Positions 45,801 to 58,910 of a DNA stretch of 64,000 bases are shown piece after piece. The stretch lies in assembly GCA_964187785.1 (NCBI GenBank), contig OZ076409.1, positions 23,810,001-23,874,000 of the forward strand, read 5' to 3'. Both the position numbers and the translations under genes were made by a program. Source of the DNA: Amphiscolops sp. MND2022 (taxonomy: Eukaryota). A model generated the notes under the pieces. That model was given only the letters and a program-made list of their open reading frames with translations. It was not told the origin of the DNA and searched no databases. Every line of letters begins with the position of its first letter. Position 1 is the stretch's first letter.

Positions 45801-47349
45801 GTCAAACGAAAAGATACAGGAGCGGTCTACCGCCCACCAAACACTGGACCAGTGGAGGAACAACCGCCACAGCGAGAAGAAGAACGCCCCCCATTGGCAG
45901 ACCATCAGCCAATAGAAGAGGGGGAATGTAGAGGACAGACAAACTCACTTAAACTAATTAGTCTGCTTTTACTATTTATACTTACTAATTTAAAGTACCT
46001 GCCCACCACATAAGTGCGGATGAACTGAATACATTCAGTGATAGAAAAAGAAGATACCAGAATCAGTTGAATTTTAGTAAACAATATCTTTCTCCTTACA
46101 AGTCAGCTATAGATACAACACGCGTATTGGGTTTATTCATGAAAAGAGCATTCAAATTGTTTGAAAAACTGGTGTTTCCAAGGCATTCCTGATATCTTTG
46201 CACTTCAGGGCCTTGTGACAGCATATATGCTGTCACAAGGCCCTGAAGTGCAAAGCTATCAGGAATGCCTTGGAAACACCAGTTTTTCAAACAATTTGAA
46301 AAACGCACCAGTTTTTCAAACAATTTGAAACGCACTATAAAATTTACAAGAAAAAGTTTGTTGAATATTCTTATCATTGCTAGATATATCTAGCAATGAT
46401 AAGAATATTCAACAAACTTTTTCTTGTAAATTTTATAGTGCGTGCCATCATCAAGTTTTTTTGACAAAACCATGAGATTTTTCAGAGCTAGTTGTTTTTT
46501 GCGTCATTTAAGTTTGCTGATTTTATCAATCGACCCATGATTCTGGATGTATATTGAGCCTAGCAGGTCTCCAAACATCCAATCTTTCGTTTTTTCGTCA
46601 GTTTTTTTTATTGGGGTTTGCTTCTCGATACGTACTACAAGTTCTGTGAGTTAATAAATGACTGTGGACTATTTTTTGAGTTTCATCTCAGAGTTTGCGC
46701 TATTTTTTCTTTGTGATAAAACGAAAAAATATATTTCATGATGATTTCTAAAGTTCAAGGTCTTGGAATACAGATCAAAAATGGTAGGCGAAAATCAAAA
46801 AGGGTTTCATGTTAGTTTTATTGCGAAGCGCTTATTGTGGATTAGTGTTCAAGACTTGTTTTTGGCAATTTGTTTTCGACCAGTTGTTTTTGACCAGTAG
46901 ATTCATCATAATTACTTTGGTTTTTGGTGAAAAAATACGAAATCGTTGAAAAATGTGCTTTTTTGCCTTTTAGATTTGAGCGTCATTATCTCATCACTAA
47001 GTACTATTATCTCATGTACTAAGTATTGGAGCGGGAGGTTTCACGATTCACTATCATTTGACTAATGTATACTTTTACGCTATTCACAGTGTATAAGAGT
47101 TTATCAGGATTTAGGAAGTCAACTTGGATTGTTTTTGACGTTTTTTTTTCAAAAACTGGCTGTACTCACGTTCACAGCCGAACAGTGTTTGGCAACCAGA
47201 CTGCCTGCCATTATTTCTTCTTTGCAGCTGGAACTCACAATTTCTGTGAAATGGCATTTAGTGTCATTTTTCTCATAATTAGCCATTTCAGAAGCTAGAA
47301 GCACTTTGAAGTGCAGTATAAAAACTGAGAGTAAAATAAAAGGAATCAT
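36838..47349 (-). CDS. ATRAID: All-trans retinoic acid-induced differentiation factor (APR3); exons 47170-47349, 38782-38938, 37319-37565, 36838-36991 (245 aa)
   Basis: Three GT-AG introns give a 738-nt ORF: signal peptide, RCCFN..LIGLDLRSC, FRGL..L..L, CPG, EGF domain CLPDGPSLVQCQC..YRC, TM helix and basic tail; matches recalled human RCCLN..ILGLDLQNC..FRG..CVPDGPGLLQCVC..YKC. Confidence 0.88.
37591..38053. mobile_element. MITE flanked by TA, rich in CTTGCAAG palindromes
   Basis: Imperfect ~45-bp TIRs CCCTAGGTTGAAAAAAAT.. / ..ATTTCTTCCAAACTAGGG; many CTTGCAAG copies in both arms; in ATRAID intron 2. Confidence 0.7.
38257..38523 (+). mobile_element. HINE-like family B, 3' part
   Basis: GATGAAGCGAACGAGTGTTAATTATTCG core and GCAGAAATATTACTGTGCCCCATGGGGGCCTATTTTT end. 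Confidence 0.65.
40070..40261 (+). repeat. 5' LTR (192 bp)
   Basis: Differs from the 3' LTR by 4 substitutions and a 2-bp indel (manual comparison). Confidence 0.95.
40302..45337 (+). pseudogene. Gypsy gag-pol with frameshifts and stops
   Basis: Zinc knuckles (CNRCG..HEC, CTKCDKIGHYAKYC), protease IDSGS, RT LDLDYAY/WLDD, RNase H TDA..ELELLAV..TDH, integrase H..GH..C..C; frame breaks near 42014, 43550 and 44580, stops near 44642 and 44702. Confidence 0.9.
45927..46120 (+). repeat. 3' LTR (194 bp)
   Basis: Preceded by the PPT and followed by TSD CGCGT. Confidence 0.95.
46151..46300. repeat. 150-bp palindrome (1 mismatch, no spacer)
   Basis: Centre GCATATATGC at 46221-46230; arms pair out to 46151/46300. 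Confidence 0.95.
46330..46443. repeat. 114-bp perfect palindrome
   Basis: Centre CTAGATATATCTAG at 46380-46393. Confidence 0.95.
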
Positions 47350-47955
47350 TTTACGCGAGTAAGGTTTAGTTTAGTCTATGATAATTGACTGAATTTGGTA
47401 GAATTTCTACTTGTTTACAATTTGAAGGTTAAACAGCTTGTTCAATTTGGTGCTAAAACACAAATTTCATGTTTCACAATCACTGAAACTACAATCATCC
47501 TTTTGTTTCAATGACTACATTAAACTAATATCGGTGAAATGAGTCCACTCCTAAATTATCAGATGTTTAAGGAATAAATCTGTTTCATTTACTTTGGGTT
47601 TACTTCCAAAACATTATGTTGGATCTTTTCTATTCATTATCATCCGCAGTAGGCATTGAAAAGTTAACCCCTTACCTCCTCATATTGATGATGCATCGTT
47701 CAATATACTGACCGAAGGGGCTATGAGCTCAAATTGCAGTTTGACTATAAGTTTCCAATCCAATGAAGTGATTCGCTAAAGTTATAAGTCAAATATGTGT
47801 GGTGGTATTAATTTTATTCAAAAAACAGACTCAAAAAATATTTCGAAATAGCCCTCGTAGAATCACTGGCCGCTTTTCCGGATAGATAGAAGTTGACACT
47901 GCGCAATTTTCCGTGACTGGGAAAAGCAAAAGGAGAAATATCAAAGAATGTGACG

Positions 47956-48607
47956 TTTTTAGTCGGCGCATTTTAGTAGAAAATGTGCCCGACTATTACA
48001 GTGGGTAGTTTTTTTTTTAGACACGAAAGTGCCACTTTTCTTTCTGTCTTTTTTTGTTCTTTGTTCAGTTCATTTCTTCAACAACTTGGCGAACCTAAGA
48101 AGCGCGTCCAAAACGAAAAAGAAAACAAAACAAACAAAACCTCGACAACACACTAACGATCTCCCCTAAGCCTCCTCCCCCCCCCTCACTTTTTTTCGGC
48201 ACTATGCGACTTTTTTTGAAACTTTTTGAATTGCACCAAAGGGTCCCCCCTTTATTTGTTTCGATATTTTAAAACACAATGGATGTCAGAAAATTCCAAA
48301 GGGTCCCCCCTTTTACATTTTTCGGCACTGTGACACTGTTCAAAAATCACATTTTAAAATTTTTTCGGGCAATTTTTTTCAGTCCTTAAAGGGTCCCCCC
48401 TTCAATTTTTTTCATATTTTGCAACCAGCTGGAGTTTCACAAAGCCCAAAGGGTCCCCCTTTTACATTTTTCGACACTGTGACACTGTTCAATTCATTTT
48501 TTTTCATATTTTGCCACCAGCTGGAGTTTCACAAAACCCAAAGAGTCCCCCCTTTTACAATTTTGAGCCTTAGATATAGCGCCGACTTTGGCCGTTCTCG
48601 GCTTGTT
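47956..48607 (+). mobile_element. HINE-like family A, full length, with internal CAAAGGGTCCCCC repeats
   Basis: 5' TTTTTAGTCGGCGCATTTT..AAAATGTGCCCGACTA hairpin; 3' AGATATAGCGCCGACTT-TGGCCGTTCTCGGC-TTGTT. Confidence 0.75.
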
Positions 48608-50879
48608 CTTTGCTGTTGCGAGACCCCTGTGTTGGAATAGCCTAGACCATTCGATCAGTTTTTGTTGCCACTGCAGGCTCAAAGATCTGAAGAAAACAGC
48701 TGAGAAAAATTGAAATCGGATAACCGAAATTATTCGGAGAAACGCTTTCGATCACAGGTTCGACGAAACAAGTTGTTTAAATTTTGAAAATATTGTTAGA
48801 CAAAGTTCCGATTGAATCAGATTTTTCAGCACAGCTGCTTCGAAACAAGAAATAATATGCTTGTTCCTGTATAATTGAACTAGCTGGCCATTCAACCAGT
48901 TCGATCAGTTGAGACCTGCGACCAATATCACCATAACTAATTTATCTGAAATTACTCAGCCGCGTTTTTCTGTTTCAACTTTTTACCCAAATGATAGAGG
49001 TTCTAAAAATTCAACTACAACAACGTAGTTTCGAAGCATATGTAATTGTCTAAGTTGTAACGAAAAAGCGCCCCACAAGGACCCCAAATTGCTATAACGT
49101 TAGAATTTACCGTTTTTGACAGTTTTGTGTTTTGGAACAATTTTTGAAAGCTTTCGTTGGTAAGGATATCACAGTGTCACATAAGTGTCAAATTTAATAA
49201 AAATAACTACACAGCATGGTACCAAAAAGCCTAGTACAGCCAATATTGCAAGTAAAAGTACTGAAAGAGTTTTTTCAAGACATTTTTTAAACAAAAAAGT
49301 CCCAAGAGCAGAAGTTTGAGATTTTGTTCAAAATTACGACGAGAGTTTTTGTTTTGAAACTGAATGAAAATTTTGAAAAAATGATCAAAATTGATTGAAT
49401 TCAATATTTAATCAAAATCAAATAATATTTTGATATTTGAGGAAATCTGGAATTTTGTTAACTTTTATAAGCAGTATCTCAAAAATGACTGGTCTCATGA
49501 CCTGAAATCATTATATTTAGAGCTTTCACTGAATCGGGAGTTGCCATTTATACTGAGTAACAATCATTACGTAAACATGATAACATGACCTGATAAAAGT
49601 GAGAGTTCAGAATTTTGAATAAACGAATTGAAAACCAGAATTCTGAATTAACAACTAGAAAACAGTTATCTGACCGTTCCAACAGCCAATCAGACATGGT
49701 GTGAGGAATACATTAAAACTCGAAACCACCACCACTTTTACTACCACTTTACGAGTTAATTTCGTACGGTTCAAGTTTGCCAAGTTTCAAAATTCGCATC
49801 TTCGATCAGACAAACCAGAATCCTGGAAAGTTTATTTGAGCTATCAGCATAAAACGTTCACAGCGTATCAATTAGAGCATCCTGAGACTCCTGAAACTTT
49901 GCCGGAATCGGTTTGATCAGGGCCGAGTCTCACAATCCCTTACTCATTTCTTCAACCTGAAGGAACAATTGTAGCTGCCATCGAAAAAAGGCACCTCTTC
50001 TATTTATTGCGATCATACATCACTTCAAAGGTTTGGAATTTGAAAGTTCTGACAAGTTCGAGAGACAGCTCACAAGTTCGATCTTCATCTTCAACTCAGT
50101 CGCCTATTTCAATGAATTGCCAGACTCAACACATAGAATTTGATTTTGCTGTTGCAGCGTTACGTCAAAGTTGTGTTAACCCATTGAGGAAAGAGTTGAA
50201 ATAAAGTACTACATTCGCCCAAGTTTGATCCAGATGAAGAAACGGCACGCGATTTTATCATGGAACTTGAACAATTAACAGGAGAAAGTTTTCCAGATGC
50301 TGCTGCATTGGCAGCCGCAGGAAGAAGACGAACTGCCATCAGGAAAGCCCGCCAACGAACGCATGCATTGTTTGCAAGAACCATTCATCAATGGACTACC
50401 AACGGAATAAAACAACATTCTCTGACCCAACCTGACAGCATGCGGCAACATTCTGGATACGTTTTTTTGCGGAAAATGATATATACAGCTTTCATTTTTC
50501 CCGAAAATATTTCGACGAAACAATATATTAACAAAATAAAAGTGGAAGAATTCTCATTGTGTTGTCTTTTGCGGTATAACTTTTACGGAGGGTGTTTTCA
50601 GTGAAAAAGTGTTAGTCAAAATTAAAGATCTGAATCAATCGTTTTTTTTTGCTTGCTATATGTGTTATGAATAGCTGTCTTCGATATATTGCATTATAAT
50701 TTTCGCAAAATGCCAAAATTAAAAAAAAGACTAAGTGCTGTAATATTTGTAATTTTTGTTTGATTTCGAATTGAAAAATATTTCTGTAATCTCGATCAAA
50801 ATTTTTAATTGCTGAAAACTTTTGCTTCTGGGAGTTTAATGTCGGTTGATTGAGGAAAAATTAAATGCGATTTGGATTT

Positions 50880-51295
50880 TTATTGAAACCTGAATTACTG
50901 AACCGTTTTTCAGTTCAATTTTTGTCGTGGTTTCGAGTACCTACTGAAAAATTCAGATTTTGATCGGCAGTGAGTATAAGCGTGAGCTTTAAATTTCGTT
51001 TCTCGTGCGATGGAACGAGTGATTGATAACTATGCAACCGTACGCCGAGTTATTGAGATGAAGCGAACGAGTGTTAATTATTCGTTCGCCGAGAGCTTCG
51101 CCTGCATTCAAATGCGAATGCGAAAATTCGTCTACGCTTAGTAGTTATATTTACGTTAGTCTGAGAAGAATTAAAGGCGGTGTTAACTAGTAGCGTGATT
51201 AATTGTGCGCTATTTAAATGAATAAGATATGCTTCTATTAATGAATATGAACGCCTAAAAGCAGAAACAATACTGTGCCCCCAGGGGCCTATTTT
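50880..51295 (+). mobile_element. HINE-like family B, 5' truncated
   Basis: Collinear with 26980-27415; ends GCAGAAACAATACTGTGCCCCCAGGGGCCTATTTT. Confidence 0.72.
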
Positions 51296-52914
51296 CCAAA
51301 GATAGTTCCAACCTCGTTATTCCAAACGTATTCCAGCACATCACCGATTGTCAGTCAGCACTGCATAAAACTGGTCAAGCAAAGGGTGAGATGAGTGGAA
51401 ACGGATCTACAGTAGTGATTCTAGAAGAAGCAACATAGAACGCGGAAAGAAAGCAAATAAACAAATATCATTGGCTAATCAAGGTCTCACGCGCTCATTT
51501 CATTGGTCGAGAGCGATTTCCAAAACATCATTTTTTAGTTTTTTGAATATTTGACGCACTTACAATTTTTTGATTTCAAAATAATTTCGACAGAAAAATT
51601 CTGCCGAACATTTCAAATCTGACAATATAATTTTTTCTCGAAAATATTCTAAATTGCATTAATATGGGCTTATTTTAAGTTGTTAAACTTCAAAATCAGA
51701 TCTCAATACATGTATTTTCGAAAAAGTCTAATTTTACAGAGCATTTTTTATACGATTTTAAGGTGATTTCTAAATCAAAACATATCAGGGGCTTCAGTTA
51801 AATCAGGGGGGTCAATTGAACAAAAAACACTCTGAAAATTTTGAGCAAAAGTAGACCAAAAGTGAGAAAAACCTCAATTTTGACCTAAGTTTGGCTAAAA
51901 ATGGCCTATCGTAACTTCTACAATTCTCATGGCAACCTTCAAATAAACATATTTGTAAACTAGATAAAAATCTAAGAAACTTTCACTTTTATCATTTTTC
52001 AAAAATCGCTGCTGTTTTAGAGATATTCTATTTTGAGATTTGCCTTTCGGTGCTTTTAGAAATATCACTACTGTAAATCAGAATTGGCAGTGTTGAAAAG
52101 CAAATCTTGCCCTTACTTGATCAATGGTTTTTTTCCATATTACATTTGAGGAGGATAATTCTAAATTCAAACACAGTCATCATTCACCGCTAGGTATCTA
52201 TCTCTCGGCTCATAATATATGACAGAGCGTGTTTTGTTTCCCATGTAACTGTTTTAAAATCGTGATTTTGAGATGTCAATTAGACAGAATTAAAAAAAAT
52301 AATTAAAAATCTTCAAAAATGAATCAATTGAGCTTGAGGTATTAAATGACATCTTGGGATTAAATCGTTCTCTTATGCTTCCACAGTAAAGACAGAGAAA
52401 ACAGTTATTTTTTATTTGCAACTGTTTGGCCTTTTTCTTTCAGAAGTTTCAATTTTCTCACTGGTTTCCCCGAAGAGCACTCGGTCAACTTTGTTGTATT
52501 TGCAGTTTTCTGCCCTGGCACTTCGAAAAATCAAACAACTTAGTTTTCATCGTAACATCTAATCAATCTATGTATTTTTATGTTTTTCGTTCATCTCAAT
52601 TTCATCGTTTAATTTATTCAAAGGTTCTTCCATCAATAAGGTTTCCCTTGAAGCAAAGAAAATGTAATCCAAATGATGGCTTGCTTATACACGGCGTACA
52701 TTGTGTAAAAACTGTATCACGTTTTATCACTGTGTTGTGATTTCGAATGATTTCTGCACGTGCCTCAAACGGTACAAAAACACGTTGATATTCTTATACA
52801 AGTCTACTGATAGCGTGTGGTTACACAATTTACATTTTCCAGTTCAAGTTTTATCTTGAATATCACTCCAAAATACGAATATAAATATAGATACTTGAAT
52901 ATATTTGTATTACC

Positions 52915-55900
52915 ATGCCGGGCAGCATATCGAGTGACATCTTATCCCAGATGGACTGGGACGAAGGAATTACAGGGATGACTAATTAATAAAAAATTCC
53001 TAATAATGAACAAAAATTATACTGCTTCAACAATAGACTTTCGAATTCGGCAGAACTAGTTTTTTCTTCGGTAGAATTTCATTTTCTGCTACTTAGATGG
53101 GTTGGATATACAAGATTGAAGCTGGTTTTTCTTGGTTCTTTAGATTGAATTTCGCTGTTGTTCGATGAAATGCGTAATGATTGAAATCCATGAACAGATA
53201 GATCCATTAACTGCTAAAATCTTACCAATTTTTAAGGCTCATTTCCGCCATGAAGGGTCGTCATAAATTGTTTTCAAACATGGCTCTGACGAACTTTTGT
53301 GGGGTGTGATTCGTTAGTCATCCTTGGGGTGTGAATTCGGTAACAGTGCCGGTGGCGAATGCGGAGAACAAGGGACTGGAGGCGGACATAGATGGCAAGA
53401 CCAAGCTGGTTACCCGTCTGAGGGGAGAGCTCACTGAGAACGAGGACAGGGTGTACGCCATCCAGGAGCACATGAAGAACGTCAGACAGGAATTCACTCA
53501 CACCAACGCACTCACTAACGCAAGAGGTCAGTGACCTTTGTAATAACTACACAATTAATAATCAATTTTCATGGATTTTGAGCTATAAGCTGTCGAAGAT
53601 GGGTTTGATTTGATTGTTTCTCTCAGGGCGTAGAGAGCCAGTTTCTCTCAGCCGAATGGCTCATTTTTCGTACTTTTTGATGCTTAATATTCATTTTTTT
53701 AATGGACACTTAATAAAAGTTGATTAATATAACATCAAATAAATTAATTATTATGTTATTATTATAATTTTAAAATCTAAAAATTCTTAGAACTGCCACC
53801 ATGCATATCTTGATTGTGCTTTCATCAAAAAGGCACACAAATTTAGCTAGGCATGGTGTAAAGCCGTATAACGGATGTTAATTGGACGGAATATCACATG
53901 CATAACACTTTCAGAGCATAGTTTGAAACTGTTCTAACATAGAACAGAGTTAAAATTCATGGATAAACAAGAAAATTGCCTCTATTGTTATTATCAATGG
54001 CATCTCTCTTGGAAACACTCTCACGAGATATTTGACAGTGGAATGACGAATTTTAACGTTTCTGATTTCTTTATTGCCATTCTTGGCTTTCCAATTGCTG
54101 ATCGCTATCGAAAGAACATTCATAAACCGGCTATGGTTTTTGATGGAACGCTTTGAAACCTCAATACTATAAGATTCAATAGGCATATGTTTCATATTTT
54201 GGGAACGAAAATATATATTTTTTCATTTTTCTTCCACATGATTGAACGGCGAGAAAATAGGTTTCGTAACATACGTAGTAATGATGATATCTTGAAACAT
54301 TCCCAGAATTGAAAAACCAAAACTAAAGAAATGTCAGTTTTATGGTACAGTTGATGCTTTTTTCTTCCATTCTATGGATTGTTTGTACAATTTTTGATTG
54401 TTTTGTTGACATGAACAGAGTTCAACGACAAAAATATCAGCTCCTTTACATACAGATGATGAGCTCCGGGATACTCTCCGACGCAAACTACATTAACGAG
54501 ATATTTTCAGGACTCGACCGTATCCAATAAATTAGACTTGCAGAAAAACGTACCAAAATTTTCAGTTTCTCTCAACTTTTGGCTTATTTGATGCCATTTT
54601 TAGTCGGCGCTTCATGAAGTGAAACGCGACTATTATAGTGACTCTTTTTAATTTTTTTCAATCCACACGAACAGACCAAAATAGTTCTTAAAAGTTCTAC
54701 AAAATGTGCTCTGGGAAAATTTATGACCAGGAAATCATCTAAAAATTGTACTAAAGTGGCATAAATTTCGAAATTCTGCATTTTGCTCTTTTCTGTACAT
54801 TTTGGGGCTCTTCAAATGATTATACTTCAGACTTCGGTTTTGAAGTTGCTATATATGAAATTTTTGTCATCGAATTCTGGATTTTGAATTATACCCACAA
54901 AGATTTTCGAAAGTTGAAAAAAAAATTCAACACGGTTAAAAACTGAAAAAGGGTTGGGGTGCTGATGTTTTGATTTTCAAAATTAAACTTTCTCTTCGAA
55001 ATACCCTGCTGGTTAGTTAATTGTTGCGTTGTTGAATTTAGGTTACCATAACGCTCGCTAATTTTCAAAAACTTCATAAGTTGCATGAAAAAGTTTAAAA
55101 TTCGGAAGTTAAAAAGTTTTGGAATTTTTTGTGATGGCGCACTTTTTTTTAAAAAAAAGTCCATATGTTTCCACAGATACATACGCTACGAACCTTTTTT
55201 CAATGGTAGTTGAATTCCGCGGGTTTTCAAATTTCTATCATTTGGGTAGTAAGCTTGGCAAAGTTGGGTAGAAAATTGCAGCTGCCATTGATTCTCACTT
55301 ACAGAATTTTGTGCGAGAAATGAAAATTTTCAACGGGGTGGAGGCATCTGATTTTATTATTTATGTCTCTTCAACAGGGAACGAGGCCGACACAGAAGAA
55401 CATCTCAAGAACATTGCGACTAGGGAAAAAGGACGTCTGGCGTCGGAGCTCCAGCGTCTGGACAACGAACTGGCTGACCTGAAGGACAAGAAAAACACTC
55501 TGGAAAACAACATCTTCCGCAAAACCCAGATGATAGACGACATGAAGACCCAGATGAACTGGGATCAACAAGCTCTGGAAGCCTGGCTGGAGGAAGCCGC
55601 CCGGAAAGACGAAGATTTTATGACCCTTCAGAAATACACGCGACAAGATGAGTCCAAAATCAAAGAGACGTCTCTGAAGATCGAGAAACTCACGGATGAA
55701 GTTGCAGCTAAAAGAAGAACTCTGGAAAACGAAACTACCGAAACTCTGACTGCACAATTGGCGTTGGACAAAACGGCCGAGGAGTTCAGAAAAGCGCATT
55801 CTGAAAGACAGACTCTGATTGGACAATGGGAGCAGACGATTGAATTGATGAAACGGAGAGATAAAGAAATTAATGAGCTGTCGATTCATTTGGCCGAAGC

Positions 55901-57998
55901 TAAGAATTCGGTTTACGAAAATGAGCAACTGGTTAAGGAGAAAGAAACTTTCAGCCAACAGGAACAGGAAAATAATGAGGAAAAAGAGAAACAGATTGCC
56001 TTGAAAGACCGCGCCATTGGAAAATCTAGAGGCGATTATAGTGGTCTTGAAAAAAGCAGAAAAGAATTCAGCGATGAGCTGGAATCTCTAAAAAACATCG
56101 TGGAAAAAACTGGCTCCCAGTTAGAAAACACAAGAGCAACTATCTCTAGTTTGAAGAAAGAAATCGAGTCAATGACTCAAAAACTGAACGGGGTCAAAGA
56201 GGAAAGAAAAGCGCTGCAGGATAAGTTGCAACTAGCAGTAGAGGGAAATTTATCAGCTGAACAAAAAGCAAACATGATGGACCAACTTTTGGAAAAACAG
56301 GAAACAAATGTCTCCGAGTTGAGTAAAATCATTCACACGCTGCATGAAAACTTGTTCCGCAAGCAACAGGAGTTGTTCAAGATGAACAATCTGGAAAAAG
56401 ACTTGGAGGCTGAAATTTCCGGTGGAAAAACGGCGGCTAAAAACTTGGCAGCCAGAATTGCCAAACTAGATGCGGATACTCTTAAACAACAGGAGTTAAT
56501 TTACAATCAAGATTTCACGTTGCAGACTCTAGAACGCAGACTATGGAGAATGCAAGGAGAAGTTAAGTCTAATGCCGAGGAAAAAGCTTTGCTTGCAAAA
56601 GTTGAAGAACTGAACGAAATTTTGATTGAGAAAAATCAACGTCATTCGCTGCTTTCCAACCAATTAAAACAACTAAATGAAGATATGAGACGCTTGAAGA
56701 AAGAATACGAAGCCGGAAATCGAGAGAAAATAGATTTGACTGATAAAATTGACGAATTGGATCTCCATAATGATACTTCCGCGAAGGTATACAAAAACAT
56801 GCACAAGAGGCGTCAGGATAAAATGGTCGAGGTTGGTTTGCTACAGCTGGAGGTCAAACGTTTACGTGACCTTTTGAACGCGAAAGCTGATGACGTGATG
56901 ACCTTGGAGAAACGAAGACTTTGGGTGGACACCGCTCTGAAAGAACGTCTGGAGGAAATTAATGTTCATCAAGGAATGTTGAAGGCCCAAATAAAAGCGG
57001 GCGAAGATGAAAGACAGACTATATCTGTGGAGCTGCATGAAAGAATAGCAAAAATAGACAAACTAAGAAAGCGTTACGAAATTTTGATGACGTCAATGGC
57101 ACCGCCCGAAGGCGAAGAGGAGAGATCGGCAGCTTATTACGTCATCAAAGCGGCCCAGGAGAAAGAAGAACTGCAACGAAAAGGTGACATGTTGGATGCC
57201 AAAATCCGAAAAGCCGAGAAAGAGATCCGAGCGCTGGAAAATACACTTCGGCTTCTGAATGGAAGAAACGAGACTTACAGGAAGAGTTTCAACAGTGTTA
57301 AGGATACGAGTGAAGTTGTTGAAGACAAGGAAAAACTTGAGCAGCAAAGGAGAACTGTTCTGGATAAAGTGAAGTACAAGAGACGCCAGCTTAGGGAAAT
57401 TCAAGACGATCTTCGTATGATGCAAACAAGTTTAGCTAGAGTTCAGCAAGAAGATAGCGGCTTGAAGGGATTGAATGAGGAAAAAATCAAAAGGATACAA
57501 ATGGTACAACAGGAAATAGTCGAACAACAGGAAAAGATATCTAGGGCCCAGAAAACTGTATCCAGGGAAGCAAGATCATTGCGACAGTCTAAACAGTCTA
57601 GCTCCCAGACGATTGAAGAACGAGATTTCGAGTTACGTGAGCTCAGAGACTTCAATCGCAACGTTATGAAGCAGATTGCTGACATAATGGTCACAAATGC
57701 TTCCGCTGCTCCAGACATTTTGGTCATGTTCCGGCAAGCTGGTCTGGATGCCCCGCCGGGCTCTGCTACCAGCAGCAGAGCGTCTTCCCAGCTCAGTTCG
57801 GCCCGATCAGATCAGATACCCACAGGGCGATCAGGCGCCGGCTCAGGACCAGGAACCCCAAAGGCCGTCATGTCACCCAAAACAGTCCAGATTGGACTGG
57901 GAGATGGACCAATGGGGAGCCCCGGCGGGTCCAGACCACCTGCCAAAGGAAGCGGAAGTCGGACTTCTTCTAGAGCAAGCGGAGGAAGCAAACGATGA
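52915..57998 (+). CDS. CCDC39: Coiled-coil domain-containing protein 39 (axonemal ruler); exons 52915-52975, 53347-53526, 55378-57998
   Basis: PVANAENK, QMNWDQQALEAWLEE, LIYNQDF, IDKLRKRYEIL, YYVIKAAQEKEELQRKGD.LDAKIRKAEKEI.ALENTL match CCDC39. Intron 2 is phase-1 GT-AG; exon 1 boundary uncertain (no GT donor). Confidence 0.92.
54597..54710 (+). mobile_element. HINE-like family A, 5' fragment
   Basis: TTTTTAGTCGGCGCTTCATGAAGTGAAACGCGACTAT; reverse complement of the 17065 end. Confidence 0.65.
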
Positions 57999-58910
57999 GG
58001 GGCTGATAACTAGCAGATTTGCATCCCTAGAAATAACAGTACTTAAATTGTTCCAACCTGAACAACTTAAAATTTGATCTATTCTGACAATTAATATGGC
58101 ATTGAGATGAAGCTTCATTGAAAAATTAAAACTTTTCAAAAAAGGTTTGATGAGATTGCATTTCCTTAGTTGCGTCCTAAACTTCATTGGAGAAGCTGCA
58201 GCAAGTTAAGAACAGTTCCCAAAATGTAGAAATTTAGTGCTCCGTCTGAATTGTTCTTAACTTGTTTTGAATGCGGAATGCTTTACATATTTGAATGCAA
58301 CGTAAAAGGTGATTTCAACGCTGGGTACTCAGACAAACTATTTGAATTTTCAACAGCTTGTCAATTCCACAGTTATCTCAATTAAGTAAGGTATGGTAGC
58401 ACATCTGCAGCTAATTGATCGCGAAATAGTCCATCTGAAGCTTTGATTCCAAAATGACTTCCTCAAGGTCATGGAGGTCTGACTGGCTGCTCGCCGTTGC
58501 TTTTTAGGTGAGCGACGCGTAAGCGGAGCGAAGCCTTTGCCGCGATCTGCGGTCAAATTTAAACGAATTGATGTTTTTTATCATCCCGTCTGAAAATTCG
58601 ACATCCTTCTCCGTTGTTTTTCTTCGAAACGTTATAACTCGAACCACGTTAATCGCAACGCTCTACTTTTTTGAAAAAAACTCAGCGAGTTCGCAATTAG
58701 TCGTCGTGTAAGTTCAGTTGTTTCGGCGACAGAAACTTGAAAAATGATAAATTTGAGAGGGCAAATTTCTTAATTCTAATTAAGGGCTTTAACTTTAGCC
58801 AATGAGCGTGAAAGTTACATGAATCGAAGGGACGAGAAGCCCCGCGAAGTTTCATGTAACTTGGGTTTTGAAAAAATTCCACAACGGTGAAATTGGTCAT
58901 TAATTGGTCA

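Larger units (their letters stand above)
40070..46120 (+). mobile_element. Full-length Ty3/Gypsy LTR retrotransposon, coding region decayed
   Basis: TG..CA LTRs 40070-40261 and 45927-46120; 5-bp TSD CGCGT on both sides; PBS TGGCGCAGTC; PPT AGAAGAGGGGGAA; domain order gag-PR-RT-RH-IN. Confidence 0.96.

Noticed and set aside
50007..50604. Coding-like fragments (possible gag relic)
   Set aside because: Interrupted by stops, with no diagnostic motif.
55311..55377. GTG start of the 895-aa ORF
   Set aside because: Intronic; the exon starts at the acceptor before 55378.
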